Part shown: piece after piece, positions 11,205-21,707 of the stretch
How positions within the stretch are numbered: the first letter of the stretch is position 1
Layout of the letters: each line of letters begins with the position of its first letter
Assembly: GCA_963712115.1 (NCBI GenBank)
Contig: CAVQGX010000038.1
Location: 17,350 to 81,349, forward strand
Source: an uncultured delta proteobacterium
GTDB taxonomy: Bacteria; Desulfobacterota; Syntrophobacteria; BM002
Reading direction: 5' to 3'
DNA length: 64,000 nucleotides
Notes under the pieces: model-generated
Seen by the model: the letters and a program-made list of their open reading frames with translations, nothing else
The model's database searches: none
What the model was told of the DNA's origin: nothing
Program-made: the position numbers and the translations under genes

Positions 11205-11550
11205 TTTCGAGGCGGATCATTGCGGATCTGGGATGTGGGATATGGCAGAGAGCATAGGGCATGGTGCATGGAGCATGGGGCCAAGGGTTGGAGGTTGGAG
11301 GAGCGCTACACTTGGGTTGGAAAGGCCAATCCAGCAGGCAGCTGGCAGCTAGCGGGCTTCGCGTCACTTGCAATCAAGGAGTCAGGAGGTCAGAATCCAT
11401 AATTCAGACTGTGACTACGTTGTAAATTGGTAGTGGTGTCAGGAGGTCGGAGGTCAGAGATCAGATGTCAGAAAACAGAGAACAAGCTACCGTTTACCAT
11501 TTACCGTTTACCGTTTGCCAAAATAAAAAAGCGGAGCCGAAGCTCCGCAT
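11205..11550. repeat. Mosaic short tandem repeat array
   Basis: GGCATAG/GGCATGG, GGTTGGA, GGCAGCT, AGTCAGG, GAGGTCR, TTACCGT modules; ends in GCGGAGCCGAAGCTCCGC hairpin. Confidence 0.85.
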
Positions 11551-11578
11551 GTTCCGTGAAAGACGAGTGGTGAACTCC

Positions 11579-11986
11579 TCACTCATTTCCATTGGGATCA
11601 ATTATTAAGGTCTCTAAACGCTGCAACTTCTTTGAATCTATCTTTGCTTTGTCCGATCGCAGGTGATGGAGGATTTCCTTGGCTATAATCTGTCGGCTTT
11701 GGCTAGAAATTTTCAGAAAACGAACGCCCATACCACGGGGCGAAATAGCGTCGTCAGGCCCATAGATATTGGAGAAGACCACTTCAACTGTGGCTTGTAT
11801 GGAAGAGTCCGAATTGGGGACGTCAATGGTCACATCGAATACTTCATGAAGCCGAAGTGGATTCGCGCATCCAATATAGGCTCCAGTTGGACTTAGGTTT
11901 AAGGTTACTCCATCTGCGGAGCATTCTTCAGTACTCATCGAGACTGGCCACTTGATCTTGGCTCTGGCGAAATGGCGATTGTCCAT
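11579..11986 (-). CDS. Stand-alone PilZ domain protein
   Basis: RHFAR and NLSPTG motifs, GMGVRF. Confidence 0.85.
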   Translation of the reverse strand: MDNRHFARAKIKWPVSMSTEECSADGVTLNLSPTGAYIGCANPLRLHEVFDVTIDVPNSDSSIQATVEVVFSNIYGPDDAISPRGMGVRFLKISSQSRQIIAKEILHHLRSDKAKIDSKKLQRLETLIIDPNGNE

Positions 11987-12024
11987 TTGTTATCCTCCTA
12001 AGCTATATGCTTGGATGCTCATAC

Positions 12025-12040
12025 TGAAATAATCGTGCCA
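12025..12040 (-). promoter_or_regulatory. Possible sigma54 promoter of the PilZ gene
   Basis: TGGCACGATTATTTCA; -12 element imperfect. Confidence 0.45.
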
Positions 12041-12159
12041 AATCATCTGGGCAACTAATTTTATATACCTTACAACTACTTAACTATAAATTAACAAAGA
12101 AATCCACCGAAGAATGGTGGAAAATAAATTCCACTTTTACCCAAATAAAGTAACACCAA

Positions 12160-12472
12160 GGAGACAGAGGTCAGAGGTCGGAAGTCAGAGGTCGGAGAGT
12201 CACTAGGAACTAAGGACTAGGCACTAGGCACGGCAGGACGACGCGGGGAGACGGTGAGACGGAGACGCGGAGATTTGGAATTGCGGATTTGGGATTTGGG
12301 AAGGCATAGGGCATGGGGCATGGAGCATAGAGTGAGAAGTCAGGAGTCAGATATAGTAATTTCGAATTTCGAAATTTTAACTCTATGCCCTATGCCCCTT
12401 GCTCAGTTCTACTGGCTACTGGCTACTGGATTCTTTGCTTTTTGAAACAAAAAAGCAGAGCCGAAGCTCCGC
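12160..12472. repeat. Mosaic short tandem repeat array with inverted arms
   Basis: AGAGGTC, CACTAGG, GGAGACG, GATTTGG, GGCATAG ... CTATGCC, CTACTGG modules. Confidence 0.85.
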
Positions 12473-12502
12473 AATGTTTTGTCGTAAACGATGGCCCGTC
12501 CT

Positions 12503-12670
12503 TTAGCGACTTACTATAACTTCAGAATCCATCGCCTCCTCTGCAGGATACAACCAGTTTTGCTTACACTCTCTGGTACAGAAGAAATACATTCCATCGT
12601 CGCTGAGATGAACCGTCACAGGATCTTCTCTGGTAAAAGTCTTCCTGCACGCCACGCAAGTAAGCATCAT
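12503..12670 (-). CDS. Small TRASH/YHS-like metal-binding protein (55 aa)
   Basis: Too short for ORF track; AGGGAG RBS; MMLTCVACRKTF...GMYFFCTRECKQNW. Confidence 0.7.
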   Translation of the reverse strand: MMLTCVACRKTFTREDPVTVHLSDDGMYFFCTRECKQNWLYPAEEAMDSEVIVSR

Positions 12671-12732
12671 TTTAGGTAACTCCCTATTTCATCGGCCTTC
12701 TACTATCTATCCACTAAGACTGTACCAAACTG

Positions 12733-13047
12733 CTAAAACTGGCCACCAGTGACAACTGGCTCTCGCAGTCCTCTGCGTAGCCGTGTCCACCACACATTGA
12801 CGGTCAAGGTACGGTATGCTTCTCCACCCTCGCACAGGCAGAACAAGATCTGGCCATGACACTGGGGGCATTGTTCTACACCGCAACCAAGATGATGAAA
12901 TCCACCTGTACCGACTAGGCACTCCGGGCAATTGTGGGGCAAGAGACTGAGCTGTGTTTCGTCTCCGAAGGGAATTTGCCCTTCTATTCTTTTCATACAT
13001 GAATATGCTTTTTCTTTGTCCTGCTCACAAAGATCACAGACTCTCAC
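12733..13047 (-). CDS. Cys-rich hypothetical protein
   Basis: CDLC, CPEC, HHLGC, CPQCHGQILFCLC. Confidence 0.7.
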   Translation of the reverse strand: MRVCDLCEQDKEKAYSCMKRIEGQIPFGDETQLSLLPHNCPECLVGTGGFHHLGCGVEQCPQCHGQILFCLCEGGEAYRTLTVNVWWTRLRRGLREPVVTGGQF

Positions 13048-13105
13048 CTTAGGGACTCCCTTTCTGTCGCCGTATTAAAAATGTGCTTGTTGAAATTTAT
13101 ACCCC

Positions 13106-13347
13106 TAGCCCGGATATTTCATGAGTTGCTGTCGCGAGACCACGAAGATGGCCGTGCCTGCCCGACATCGCGAGCCTGCTCGCTCAGGCGAGGCGGGCGG
13201 GCCACCTGGCAACCGTACCGCGGGATTGGTCCCAAGGCGTACCTGAACGGTACGTCGCAGGGGCCCACACCCGAGGACTCCAGGAAGGACGGCCAGATCC
13301 GTGGTCGCAGTCACGCCAGGGCGTGAATTCATGAAATATCCGGGCTA
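13106..13347. mobile_element. MITE-like non-autonomous element
   Basis: 19-nt TIR TAGCCCGGATATTTCATGA / TCATGAAATATCCGGGCTA; related copy at 19041. Confidence 0.8.
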
Positions 13348-13649
13348 AAGTACCGATTATCAATCGAGGCAGATTCAGTCAAATTCGATTAGACCTGAAA
13401 AACGGTTTTCACATTCCCAAGTTATGCACAAGGACTAACTCAAGGTGAGCACAAGGAAATTTTGACTGGATCTGTGCAACATCTGGAAATAAATGTACAT
13501 TTTCTTAACCTGTCATAAACTGAGAGATATTCTTACCTTAAATTTGTTATCTACATTTTGATTATTGCCGCATATCTTGGCTTTTCTTTTATTTTCTTTC
13601 TATTTCATACAAAATCAGCCCTTCAGACAAAAACAGAAAAACGGAGGCA

Positions 13650-13905
13650 TCTCAGATTTTAGATTGCGGATTTGGGATCTCGGATTGCGGATTTGGAAAG
13701 GCATAGGGCATAGGGCATAGGGCAAGGAGTCAGGAGACAGGAGTCAGAATCCAGAATTCAGTAGGGACTACTTTGAATTTGATCAGTTTTGTCATTAGTG
13801 GTTTTTACCCTATGCTCTATGCTCCATGCCCTATGCTAAGCTACTGGCTAGTGGATTCTTTGCTTTTTGAAACAAAAAAGCGGAGCCAAAGCTCCGCTTT
13901 TTTGT
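13650..13905. repeat. Mosaic short tandem repeat array with terminator-like hairpin
   Basis: GATTGCG, GGCATAG, AGTCAGG/ATCCAGA, CTATGCT modules; AAAAAAGCGGAGCCAAAGCTCCGCTTTTTT. Confidence 0.85.
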
Positions 13906-13920
13906 TTTGTCACTCATTCT

Positions 13921-14382
13921 TTATGCCGGTTCTGCTGACAACTCCGAAGTGCAGTGTCCACAACGTATGGCTTTGATGGGTATCGTCGATAGACAGTGAG
14001 GACACTCTTTGGTTGTGGGTTCCGCTGGCGGAGCCTCTTCTTGGCGCTTCATTTTGTTGAGGCCACGAATCAGCAGAAAAACCGAAAAGGCGACAATGAT
14101 AAAGCTTATGACAGTATTTGCGAACATACCGTAGTTGATTGTGACCGCACCGGCCTTCTGTGCATCTACAAGGGCAGCATAGGGTCCAGCGGTGGCGCCT
14201 TGTTTTAGAACGATGAAGAGGTTGCTGAAATCAACATTGCCCAAGAGCAAGCCAATTGGCGGCATGATGATATCGGCGACGAGTGATTTAACAATTGTAC
14301 CAAAGGCCGCACCAATGATGATACCTACAGCCATGTCAACTACGTTGCCTCTCATGGCAAACTCTTTGAATTCTTTTAGCAT
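13921..14382 (-). CDS. mscL: Large-conductance mechanosensitive channel with C-terminal zinc ribbon
   Basis: [24 protein letters not shown]; CPHC...CGHC tail. Confidence 0.96.
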   Translation of the reverse strand: MLKEFKEFAMRGNVVDMAVGIIIGAAFGTIVKSLVADIIMPPIGLLLGNVDFSNLFIVLKQGATAGPYAALVDAQKAGAVTINYGMFANTVISFIIVAFSVFLLIRGLNKMKRQEEAPPAEPTTKECPHCLSTIPIKAIRCGHCTSELSAEPA

Positions 14383-14559
14383 CTTTTACTCCTCTTTTTT
14401 CAGATTCTTGAGATTGTCCACTGAACCTCATCTAGCCTATATTAGACTGTTAATCGCATACTCCACTAGTAAAAATTATAGCTTGTTAATGATAAGGTTG
14501 ACCACACAATGTTCAATACGAAAAACCACCATTTTTTTCGGGTAGAGGAGAAAAAGGTA

Positions 14560-14760
14560 CGGATTGAGGAGAGGCACAAGGCACAGGGCGCAAGGCTCAG
14601 GGCTATTTGGGTCACTACGCTTCGCTGTCATTAGGCTGCGCCGTCATTACGCTACGCTGTCACTTGTTGTAAGAGGAACAGCGCAGAGCGCATAGTGTTT
14701 TGTTGATTAGTTGATTAGAGAATTAGTTGATTCGTTAAAGTCTTTGAAAGCGTTCACACG
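14560..14760. repeat. Mosaic short tandem repeat array
   Basis: GGCACAA/GGCGCAA modules, GTCATTACGCTACGCTGTCA...TTGTAAGAGG core, TTGATTAG octamers. Confidence 0.85.
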
Positions 14761-14793
14761 GCGAAATAATAGGAAAGTTTCTATAACAACGAT

Positions 14794-16932
14794 TTAATTT
14801 TGCCTTCTCCTGTGAAACTCATTGTACGGCCATGATGCCAGAACAAATGTACCCCTTCCTTTGGCTGAATTGATAACAAAAGTTCCACCCGAGAGTTCTG
14901 TTCGCTCTTTCATACTGCCAAGCCCAAATCCCCTTTCTGAACTTTCAACAGAGCGGGCCTCCTCCACATCGAAGCCGCAGCCGTTATCCTCTATGGCCAA
15001 TTGGATGGTATTGTCTTTTTTCGCCAGAGAGATAGTGACCATGTTTGCCCCACTGTGTTTTGCCACGTTATTCAAGGCCTCTTGCAGGACTCTGTAGAGT
15101 ACGATTTTCAGGGGATTAGGAACGTCACTTTCTTCTGCGCTTATCTCTCTCTTGATTTCCACGGTTGAGTAGGTTGCTTGAAATTCACGGCATAACCAGG
15201 CAATGGTGGCCAAGATACCAAGGTCATCCAGGGTCGAGGGCCGCAGGTCCATTGTTATTCTTCGAACTTCTTCAACGGTGCTTTGAATAACGGGAATGAG
15301 GTTGACCAAGTTACTGACACTCGACTCGGTAGAACCTTTGGCCAGTTGCCCGAGGGCATCTTCGACTCTAAACTTGATGGCACTCAATGATTGGCCAATA
15401 CCATCATGGAGTTCTCGGGCTATCCTTCCCCTTTCCGTCTCCTGAGCTGTGAGAAGTTGGGATGAGAGAAGTCTTAGTTCCTCCCCTGATTTACGGAAAG
15501 CCTCCTCCGCCCTCTGGCGCCGAATACCCAGGGCAATCTGATCCGCCACTGATGCCAGTGCGTTAAGGGTAAACTCACTAAACGGTTCTCCGGCGAACAT
15601 CGCCATCACCCCAACTAGGCTGTCTGCAAAAACAAGAGGATAGCCTGCAAAAGCAACCATCCCCGTCCTTTTTGCCCAGTCGTGGTCAACAATGTGAGGG
15701 TCACTTAGGATGGCATTGGAGATCTGCGGTTGGCGTTCCTGGGCAATGATGCCGACCTTTGATTCCCCCATAGCCACACGGCTATAGGAGCCGTCAATAC
15801 TGGTGTAAAGCCCAGCGCTGGCTTGCAACTCAAGCATTTTTTCCACTTCATTATATGCCCAGATGCGAGCGAATGCCGCACCAAGGTGCTCAATCAATGC
15901 CTCTGTGCATGGCTGCAGGAGCGTCCTCAAAGTGTCGCCCTTGGCGAGGGCCACACCCACCTCTCCCCTCAACCCTTCTAGTCGAATCCGTTCAGCCAGT
16001 CCCTCTTCTGCCTTCTTGCGCTCCTCTATTTCCTGCTTCAGTTGTTCGTTAGCTTTCATCAGGTCGGCAGTGCGCTCTTCCACACGTCTTTCAAGCTCAA
16101 AGTGGGACTCCCTCAGTGCAGCTTCTTTTCCCCGCAATGCCTCCTCGCTTTGCTTCAAATCCCTGAAAAGCAAGTCATAAGGTTTTGTCAGACCAGTTTC
16201 GATTATGGCCTTGTAGATGAGATAGAACGATATGATCTTGCAAAAATGGCCGAACAAATTGGAAATGCCATAAACGCTGATGTAAAAGGTGAAGGCTAAT
16301 TCAGCAGCAATGGTCAAAAAAATCGAGGCAACCAACAATTTCAAGACGACCTTGTCAAACTCTTCCTGTTTTCTGACCAATAGGGCTATGGAGCAAATGA
16401 GTATGAGGCAGATGATGTATTCACTACTCTTTTTAAAAGGGGTCAATCCGACCCCTTCAACAAAACAGTCAGGAAAAATCCGCCAATGGAAGATGGATGA
16501 CAGCAGCATGACAACTACAAGAAAGTAACCCATTAATACGAAGCTCGATCTCAATTTGCGGCCCAAGACTAGGGGCGCAATGAGAAGAGAAAAGCTTTCG
16601 ATGTATCTAGCTGCAATCCATAACTGAGTCGGTAAATTGGCGCCATGAGCTTGAAACACGCCCATACCTTTGTAGGCCAATGTGTGGAGCAAATCGAGAC
16701 CGCCCACGAACAGGTAGGCTATGCCGATAAATAGAAGGTAGTTGTTGTCTAAAAACTGCCTAGAATTCCAGGCAATCATGAAAATCCCACAGGCCACGAC
16801 AATACTGAAGATCTCAGATAGGCTGTGGAAAAGAAGGTAGCTATAGAGGCTTGTGAGGTAAAGTCCTGACAAGAGCAAAACCCAGGAAAAGACAATTATA
16901 AATGGGTTTGGAATAACAACTTCTCTTTTCAT
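14794..16932 (-). CDS. Sensor histidine kinase (MASE3-GAF-HisKA_3-HATPase)
   Basis: YLLFHSLSEIFS MASE3-like TM region; ERGRIARELHDGIGQ; QEALNNVAKHS; DNGCGF. Confidence 0.9.
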   Translation of the reverse strand: MKREVVIPNPFIIVFSWVLLLSGLYLTSLYSYLLFHSLSEIFSIVVACGIFMIAWNSRQFLDNNYLLFIGIAYLFVGGLDLLHTLAYKGMGVFQAHGANLPTQLWIAARYIESFSLLIAPLVLGRKLRSSFVLMGYFLVVVMLLSSIFHWRIFPDCFVEGVGLTPFKKSSEYIICLILICSIALLVRKQEEFDKVVLKLLVASIFLTIAAELAFTFYISVYGISNLFGHFCKIISFYLIYKAIIETGLTKPYDLLFRDLKQSEEALRGKEAALRESHFELERRVEERTADLMKANEQLKQEIEERKKAEEGLAERIRLEGLRGEVGVALAKGDTLRTLLQPCTEALIEHLGAAFARIWAYNEVEKMLELQASAGLYTSIDGSYSRVAMGESKVGIIAQERQPQISNAILSDPHIVDHDWAKRTGMVAFAGYPLVFADSLVGVMAMFAGEPFSEFTLNALASVADQIALGIRRQRAEEAFRKSGEELRLLSSQLLTAQETERGRIARELHDGIGQSLSAIKFRVEDALGQLAKGSTESSVSNLVNLIPVIQSTVEEVRRITMDLRPSTLDDLGILATIAWLCREFQATYSTVEIKREISAEESDVPNPLKIVLYRVLQEALNNVAKHSGANMVTISLAKKDNTIQLAIEDNGCGFDVEEARSVESSERGFGLGSMKERTELSGGTFVINSAKGRGTFVLASWPYNEFHRRRQN

Positions 16933-17094
16933 AATTGTCCTCAATTGAGCAATTAGTCAAAGGTATTAATGTTAATCCTGTGAGGAGTAAAACCTCAGGA
17001 CTGTCGCTTTGGTTTTCTTAAGGGAACTCTTGACTAAGTATCAGATTACAACACTGTGGTCGGAGGTGCAAGGGGAACGGTTCCACCCTTAAAG

Positions 17095-17285
17095 GCAGAG
17101 AGCATGGGGCATGGAGTAAAGCGAGACGAGCGAGACGAGAGGTCGGGCGAGACGGGGGAAGAAGAAAGAGGTCAGAGGTCAGAGGTCGGAAGGCAACTAG
17201 GCACTAGGGACTATGCACTAGGCACCACAAAGTAAGAAGTCAGGAGTCAGAATCCAGGAGCCAGGAGTTAGGGGTTAGAGGTCGG
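17095..17285. repeat. Mosaic short tandem repeat array
   Basis: AGCATGG, GCGAGACG, AGAGGTC, CACTAGG, AGTCAGG modules. Confidence 0.85.
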
Positions 17286-17296
17286 CAATGCATCAT

Positions 17297-17815
17297 CTAC
17301 CAAGTAGGGTCGTATGGAAAAAGTCGGGGAGGATAAGGAGGATCCCCATAGGGATAATATCTTGGTCGATGGTAATAGTATTCAGGCCATAGGTGTATTT
17401 CCCGGCTCTCTATGTTCAGACACTTATTTGGACAGCGTTCATCATCTGCAATGGTGAGGCCGACAACAATTCCAGCCACAGTAATCTTGCGGTATTTTTT
17501 GTAGACTGCAGGATCGAGATAATCTTTGTGCAAAACAATAAATCTTCCCTCTGACTTATCCTTGGATTTGGGTTCATACCGAAAACCCAAAGGTGCTTGC
17601 AAGGCCAAAATGCTCGTTTTATCAGCCAGCTTCTCTGTCTGCAAAATGTAGCCACCCACAATTACAGTCTTGCCAACATAAGAATTTGTTTCCCTCATTA
17701 GTGTTTTGAATTCTACAGGTGGTTCGGCTTCTTTCCTCACCTGGCTGGATATGACCGAACATGAGGCGGTGAAAAGCAGCATTGTCACAAATACAGCAGT
17801 TTTCAGTTCGCGCAT
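17297..17815 (-). CDS. Slp family outer-membrane lipoprotein
   Basis: Lipobox TASC; VIVGGYI, SEGRF, YLDPAVY, ITVAG, IHLWP and Tyr/Pro tail. Confidence 0.85.
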   Translation of the reverse strand: MRELKTAVFVTMLLFTASCSVISSQVRKEAEPPVEFKTLMRETNSYVGKTVIVGGYILQTEKLADKTSILALQAPLGFRYEPKSKDKSEGRFIVLHKDYLDPAVYKKYRKITVAGIVVGLTIADDERCPNKCLNIESREIHLWPEYYYHRPRYYPYGDPPYPPRLFPYDPTW

Positions 17816-17900
17816 AATTGTAAAAGCGGGACCTCCATAGAATATTAACCAGGATAACGTTGCCGAAGTTGCCACACGAGAGTGGGATCAGTCCCTGTTA

Positions 17901-18863
17901 TCAGACCGCTTCGATGGTAGAGGGAGGCTTCGATGTTATGTTGTAGGTAACGCTGACGATTCCAGGCACCTCGCTAACTATCTCGTGGGCGATCTTTTCA
18001 AGAATTTCAAACGAGATCAGCGTGGGTGTTGCGGTTCGCGCGTCGACGCTGTCCCAGCACCGCACCTCGATCTGCTGACCGAAATCGCGCTTGCCGTCTC
18101 GCATACCGGTGACGCGGTCTTCATGAAGAATCGCCATATACTGAAATGCATCCGTGTCTTTGAGCAAACGCTCCACAACGATGGTAGCCTTGCGGACCGT
18201 CTCGATACGCTCTTGGGTCACCTCGCCTATCACCCGTGCCGCCAGCGCCGGCCCCGGGAACGGGATGCGCTGGAATAGCGCGGTTGGAAGCCCGAGGGCC
18301 TTGCCTATCTTTCTAACACCGTCCTTGCGAAGTTGAATGAGTGGCTCGACGATGCGGTAGCCAAAAGCCTCCTCCGGGTCGATCCCAAGTTGCTCGAAGA
18401 CATTGTGCTGCCGCTTGATCCCTGCAACGGTCTCGTCCACATCCGTTAGAATGGTCCCCTGGAGAAGGTATTTCGCTCCACTTGCTTTGACGAGCCGGCC
18501 GAAAACGTCTCGATAGAAGGCCTGGGTAATTGCCTCGCGCTTCTCTTCGGGGTCAGTTACTTGCTTGAGAGCCGCGAAAAACTCTTTGCGCGCATCGACT
18601 ACTTCGACCGTGACGCCGAGCTTTCGGAAAAAACCCACGACCTGCTCGGCCTCTCCCTCGCGCATGAGACCATTTTCAATAAACACGGTCTTAAGTTGAT
18701 TACCCAAGGCTCGATGGCCGAGCATCGTTACCGTAGACGAATCAACTCCTCCCGAAAGGGCGTTGATCGCCATTCCGTTTCCAACAACGGTCTTGATCTC
18801 TTTTACCTTCTCATCTATAAAGTTATCCGTTTTAAGCTCCCGCGCCGTGATCTCCTTAATCAT
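17901..18863 (-). CDS. GMP synthase ATP-pyrophosphatase subunit (no glutaminase domain)
   Basis: ALSGGVDS PP-loop, DPEEKR, QGT, PFPGPALA, TSKPPSTIE. Confidence 0.88.
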   Translation of the reverse strand: MIKEITARELKTDNFIDEKVKEIKTVVGNGMAINALSGGVDSSTVTMLGHRALGNQLKTVFIENGLMREGEAEQVVGFFRKLGVTVEVVDARKEFFAALKQVTDPEEKREAITQAFYRDVFGRLVKASGAKYLLQGTILTDVDETVAGIKRQHNVFEQLGIDPEEAFGYRIVEPLIQLRKDGVRKIGKALGLPTALFQRIPFPGPALAARVIGEVTQERIETVRKATIVVERLLKDTDAFQYMAILHEDRVTGMRDGKRDFGQQIEVRCWDSVDARTATPTLISFEILEKIAHEIVSEVPGIVSVTYNITSKPPSTIEAV

Positions 18864-19040
18864 GGGACAACCTCCTTTGCATCTGTAGCCTTAGGTGACG
18901 CCTGACTATGAGTCAGGTTATTCTATCCTCAACCCGATAGCAGGCAACTTTAACCCACCACCATAAATGTCATGTGGAAAAACCTCTGAGTAGGCAATAT
19001 TGGCATCTCTGGCGAGCCAATTCAACAAAAAATCATCACC

Positions 19041-19258
19041 TAGCCCGGATGTTTTATGAATTGCTGTCGCGAGACAATGAAGATGGGCGTGCCACCGGGT
19101 AACCGTCCCGCGGTACCGCGGGATTGGTTCCGAGGCGTACCTGAAAGGTACGTCGCAGGGTGAGCTTGTCCTGAGCCTGCCGAAGGAACACCCGAGGACA
19201 CCCGGAAGGACGGCCATATCTAGGGTCGCAGCAAGCGAGTCATGAAACATCCGGGCTA
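19041..19258. mobile_element. MITE-like element, second long copy
   Basis: TAGCCCGGATGTTTTATGA...TCATGAAACATCCGGGCTA; internal similarity to 13106-13347. Confidence 0.8.
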
Positions 19259-19448
19259 AATTTGGATTGGGTAACTCAAAAGGAAGGAACTCCTATAGGC
19301 CGGACACACTTTTTCAGGCGACCTAAAGAATAGGTTTGCCTTGCACTTGGCGCATTTGACCGGGTGGACCTCGACTCGCCTGATTTCTGCGGAAGCCCTA
19401 TAGCCACTCATTAGTAAATGTATTTGATCTTAGGAATATCTTTCGGTT

Positions 19449-19835
19449 TCAGATGTATTGCGAAATTGTTTTTATAATAGTCTGAGCTTCACCAACAGAA
19501 GGTCTCATAAAACAAACTCTCAATTCACGGGATTTTGTTTCAGCCTCAGAGGTCCCAGTATTTGCCCAAACAACCCTGGCGATAACAGATACTAACCGAC
19601 TTTCATCGTATAGCCCTTCGCTATTCAACCTGATCCAGAGTGAATAGTATTTACCAACACTAATAACCGGAAAACCATTACCAGACTTTGCCCCCTTTGG
19701 CAGTTCAATAAGTGCGCCTCCCAGACTAAGGTTTATAATCTCACCTTGTATGAGGCCATAGGGCGTCATCAATACAAGTGGCAATTTGATGTCTACTCTT
19801 AGATGGCGGCGTTTTTCAGTTTGCATATGTAGCAT
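19449..19835 (-). CDS. Stand-alone PilZ domain protein
   Basis: EKRRHLR, NLSLGGA, ARVVW. Confidence 0.85.
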   Translation of the reverse strand: MLHMQTEKRRHLRVDIKLPLVLMTPYGLIQGEIINLSLGGALIELPKGAKSGNGFPVISVGKYYSLWIRLNSEGLYDESRLVSVIARVVWANTGTSEAETKSRELRVCFMRPSVGEAQTIIKTISQYI

Positions 19836-20075
19836 GTGAAGGACTATTGGTCGGTAGCGTAATTTTGTTACTTCAGTATAAGGTATTAGATTCGCAGTGG
19901 ATTACTATGATGGGAAAAATATGCAAGAAAAATGCCCCCGCTGACCAACCAAGCAGTTGAAGCCAACAGGGGCTACCCGCAAGGAGCAAAGAAGGTAACC
20001 CTTACAAATAAGCCACTTTCTTATTTTTCAACCAAGTTAAATTTAGAAGCAAACCACCGCGGAAAAAATTACAGC

Positions 20076-20249
20076 TCACCAACCTAAGACGGCACTGCCA
20101 AAAAGCTTATCCCATTTATTCAACAGCTCTTCATCCATGATAAAAGCAGCTACCAATACAAAGAGAATTGCTATGGTAATAAGAAAAGGAAAAAGTATGT
20201 CATCCAAAGATTTTACCTTGTTCTTGTTATCTTTGGATTCTGATTTCAT
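20076..20249 (-). CDS. Small single-TM hypothetical protein (57 aa)
   Basis: AAAGGTG RBS; MKSESKDNKNKVKSLDDILFPFLITIAILFVLVAAFIMDEELL; terminator-like hairpin downstream near 19930-19975. Confidence 0.5.
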   Translation of the reverse strand: MKSESKDNKNKVKSLDDILFPFLITIAILFVLVAAFIMDEELLNKWDKLFGSAVLGW

Positions 20250-20329
20250 GGCCACACCTTTTCTATATATTTCGTATTATTATCTCTTTTTAGATTGATA
20301 GAAGGCAAGGGAAAAAAGCCCAGGTGAGT

Positions 20330-20640
20330 ATAGCTGGCAGCTAGCGCTGCGCTGTCATTTGCCTTCGGCGTCATTAAGTCATTACGCTTCGCTGTCATTG
20401 GGCATAGAGCATAGGGCATGGGGCATAGGGTAGATTGCAGATTGTAGATTGCGGATTTCGGATTGCGGATTGGGGAAGGCATGGAGCATGGGGCATGGAG
20501 TAAAGCGAGACTGGAGGTCGGGCGAGACGGGCGAGACGGGCGAGACGGGGCAGAAGACAGAGGACAGATTGCGGATTGCGGAATTTTTAGCTGACAGCTG
20601 AGCGCTGATAGCTGACGGCTGAATAGAACCGGCTAAAACA
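20330..20640. repeat. Mosaic short tandem repeat array
   Basis: GTCATT core, GGCATAG, GATTGCG, GGCGAGACG x3, GCTGACA/GCTGATA modules. Confidence 0.85.
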
Positions 20641-20818
20641 AGCAGCGGTTTATGATAGCACAGTGGGACGGAAATGAGACTACAATTGAGTAAGGATTCT
20701 ATTAGAAGTATAGCTAAAGAATCTTGAAGCATTCTCAAGAGGCTGTGTTACTATGGCGTATAGACAATAATACCATCTGAAGTTCCCCTTTAGAAAAATC
20801 GGCACGGAGGTTACAGCG

Positions 20819-21052
20819 ATGAAAGAATTGGTCAAAATCATGGCGCAGGCACTGGTGGACTATCCAGATCAGGTGGAAGTAACTGAGATCGCTGGAAGAG
20901 ATACTTCAGTGATTGAATTGAAAGCAGCGAAGGAGGACATGGGCAAGATAATCGGCAAAAAAGGGCATAATGCCCAGGCCATGCGAACTATCTTGAATGC
21001 TGCGTCGAGGAAACTCAACAAGCGTGTGGTTCTTGAGATTATTGACCGGTGA
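20819..21052 (+). CDS. khpA: KH-domain RNA-binding protein (KhpA family)
   Basis: MKELV...ALVD.P, DMGKIIGKKG, AMRTIL, VVLEI; GGAGG RBS. Confidence 0.88.
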   Translation: MKELVKIMAQALVDYPDQVEVTEIAGRDTSVIELKAAKEDMGKIIGKKGHNAQAMRTILNAASRKLNKRVVLEIIDR

Positions 21053-21161
21053 TGACGAGTACAGGCCGAATAGCGGAAAAAGGGGAAGTAGTTTAGATGG
21101 CCAAGGTGATGGGAAAGTGGCTTTGCTTTAACTTTACCTGCGACTGTAAAGAAAGTGTGCC

Positions 21162-21374
21162 ATGGGAGAACAAAGCAAGACTAAGAAGGCGCAAGGAACA
21201 TCCTTGAAACGAGTTCCGCTTATTTGCACAGATTGTGGTTGCGATCTGGGCCGCTCGTCCGCTGATAATATATTTCTTCTAAAGGACAAGGTTTATTGCC
21301 GTGGATGCAAGGCAAGTTATCTTCACGCTAAGAGTTTGGAGGATCTAACGGTAAATTCGCTAAAAACCAGATAG
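21162..21374 (+). CDS. Small zinc-finger-like hypothetical protein
   Basis: CTDC...YCRGC. Confidence 0.55.
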   Translation: MGEQSKTKKAQGTSLKRVPLICTDCGCDLGRSSADNIFLLKDKVYCRGCKASYLHAKSLEDLTVNSLKTR

Positions 21375-21430
21375 ACGGGGAGAAAGTGAGACGAGATCGA
21401 TGGGGAAAGGGTAACAAGTCCTTAAGAGGG

Positions 21431-21580
21431 TTAAGACTGAGACTGCTTGTCTTGAAGTAGCCGCCGCAGGAAGGGCTGCCAGAAACAAATTTCATACAAC
21501 TTAAAAATCTTGGTCCAGTGACCGCCAAGCCGACACCACACATGTAAGGGATGCAAATTGTGCTGTAGCTGCTTTTTCAT
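21431..21580 (-). CDS. Small hypothetical protein
   Basis: MKKQLQHNLHPLHVWCRL; purine-rich upstream sequence. Confidence 0.5.
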   Translation of the reverse strand: MKKQLQHNLHPLHVWCRLGGHWTKIFKLYEICFWQPFLRRLLQDKQSQS

Positions 21581-21707
21581 TCGAGATCTCTCTACCCTAC
21601 CCTTTTCCCCGGTCATATTACTCAAGGCAAGGTAGTGTCTCAATAGGGCAAAGTGTGTATTTTTTACAGATATACGCAGTATTTAGTATGGAGATTTACT
21701 AGAAGAA

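Noticed and set aside
11158-11402. Short ORFs over repeat arrays (also 12254, 20246, 20382, 34964, 40405, 48924, 49093, 54921)
   Set aside because: They translate repeat modules (LCPMPYAL, MTAKR..MTPKAS); no RBS or domain evidence
13081-13332. ORFs at 13081, 13105 and 18918
   Set aside because: They lie within MITE copies
19925-20005. Riboswitch upstream of the PilZ gene
   Set aside because: No recognisable c-di-GMP aptamer motif; fits a terminator of the small upstream ORF
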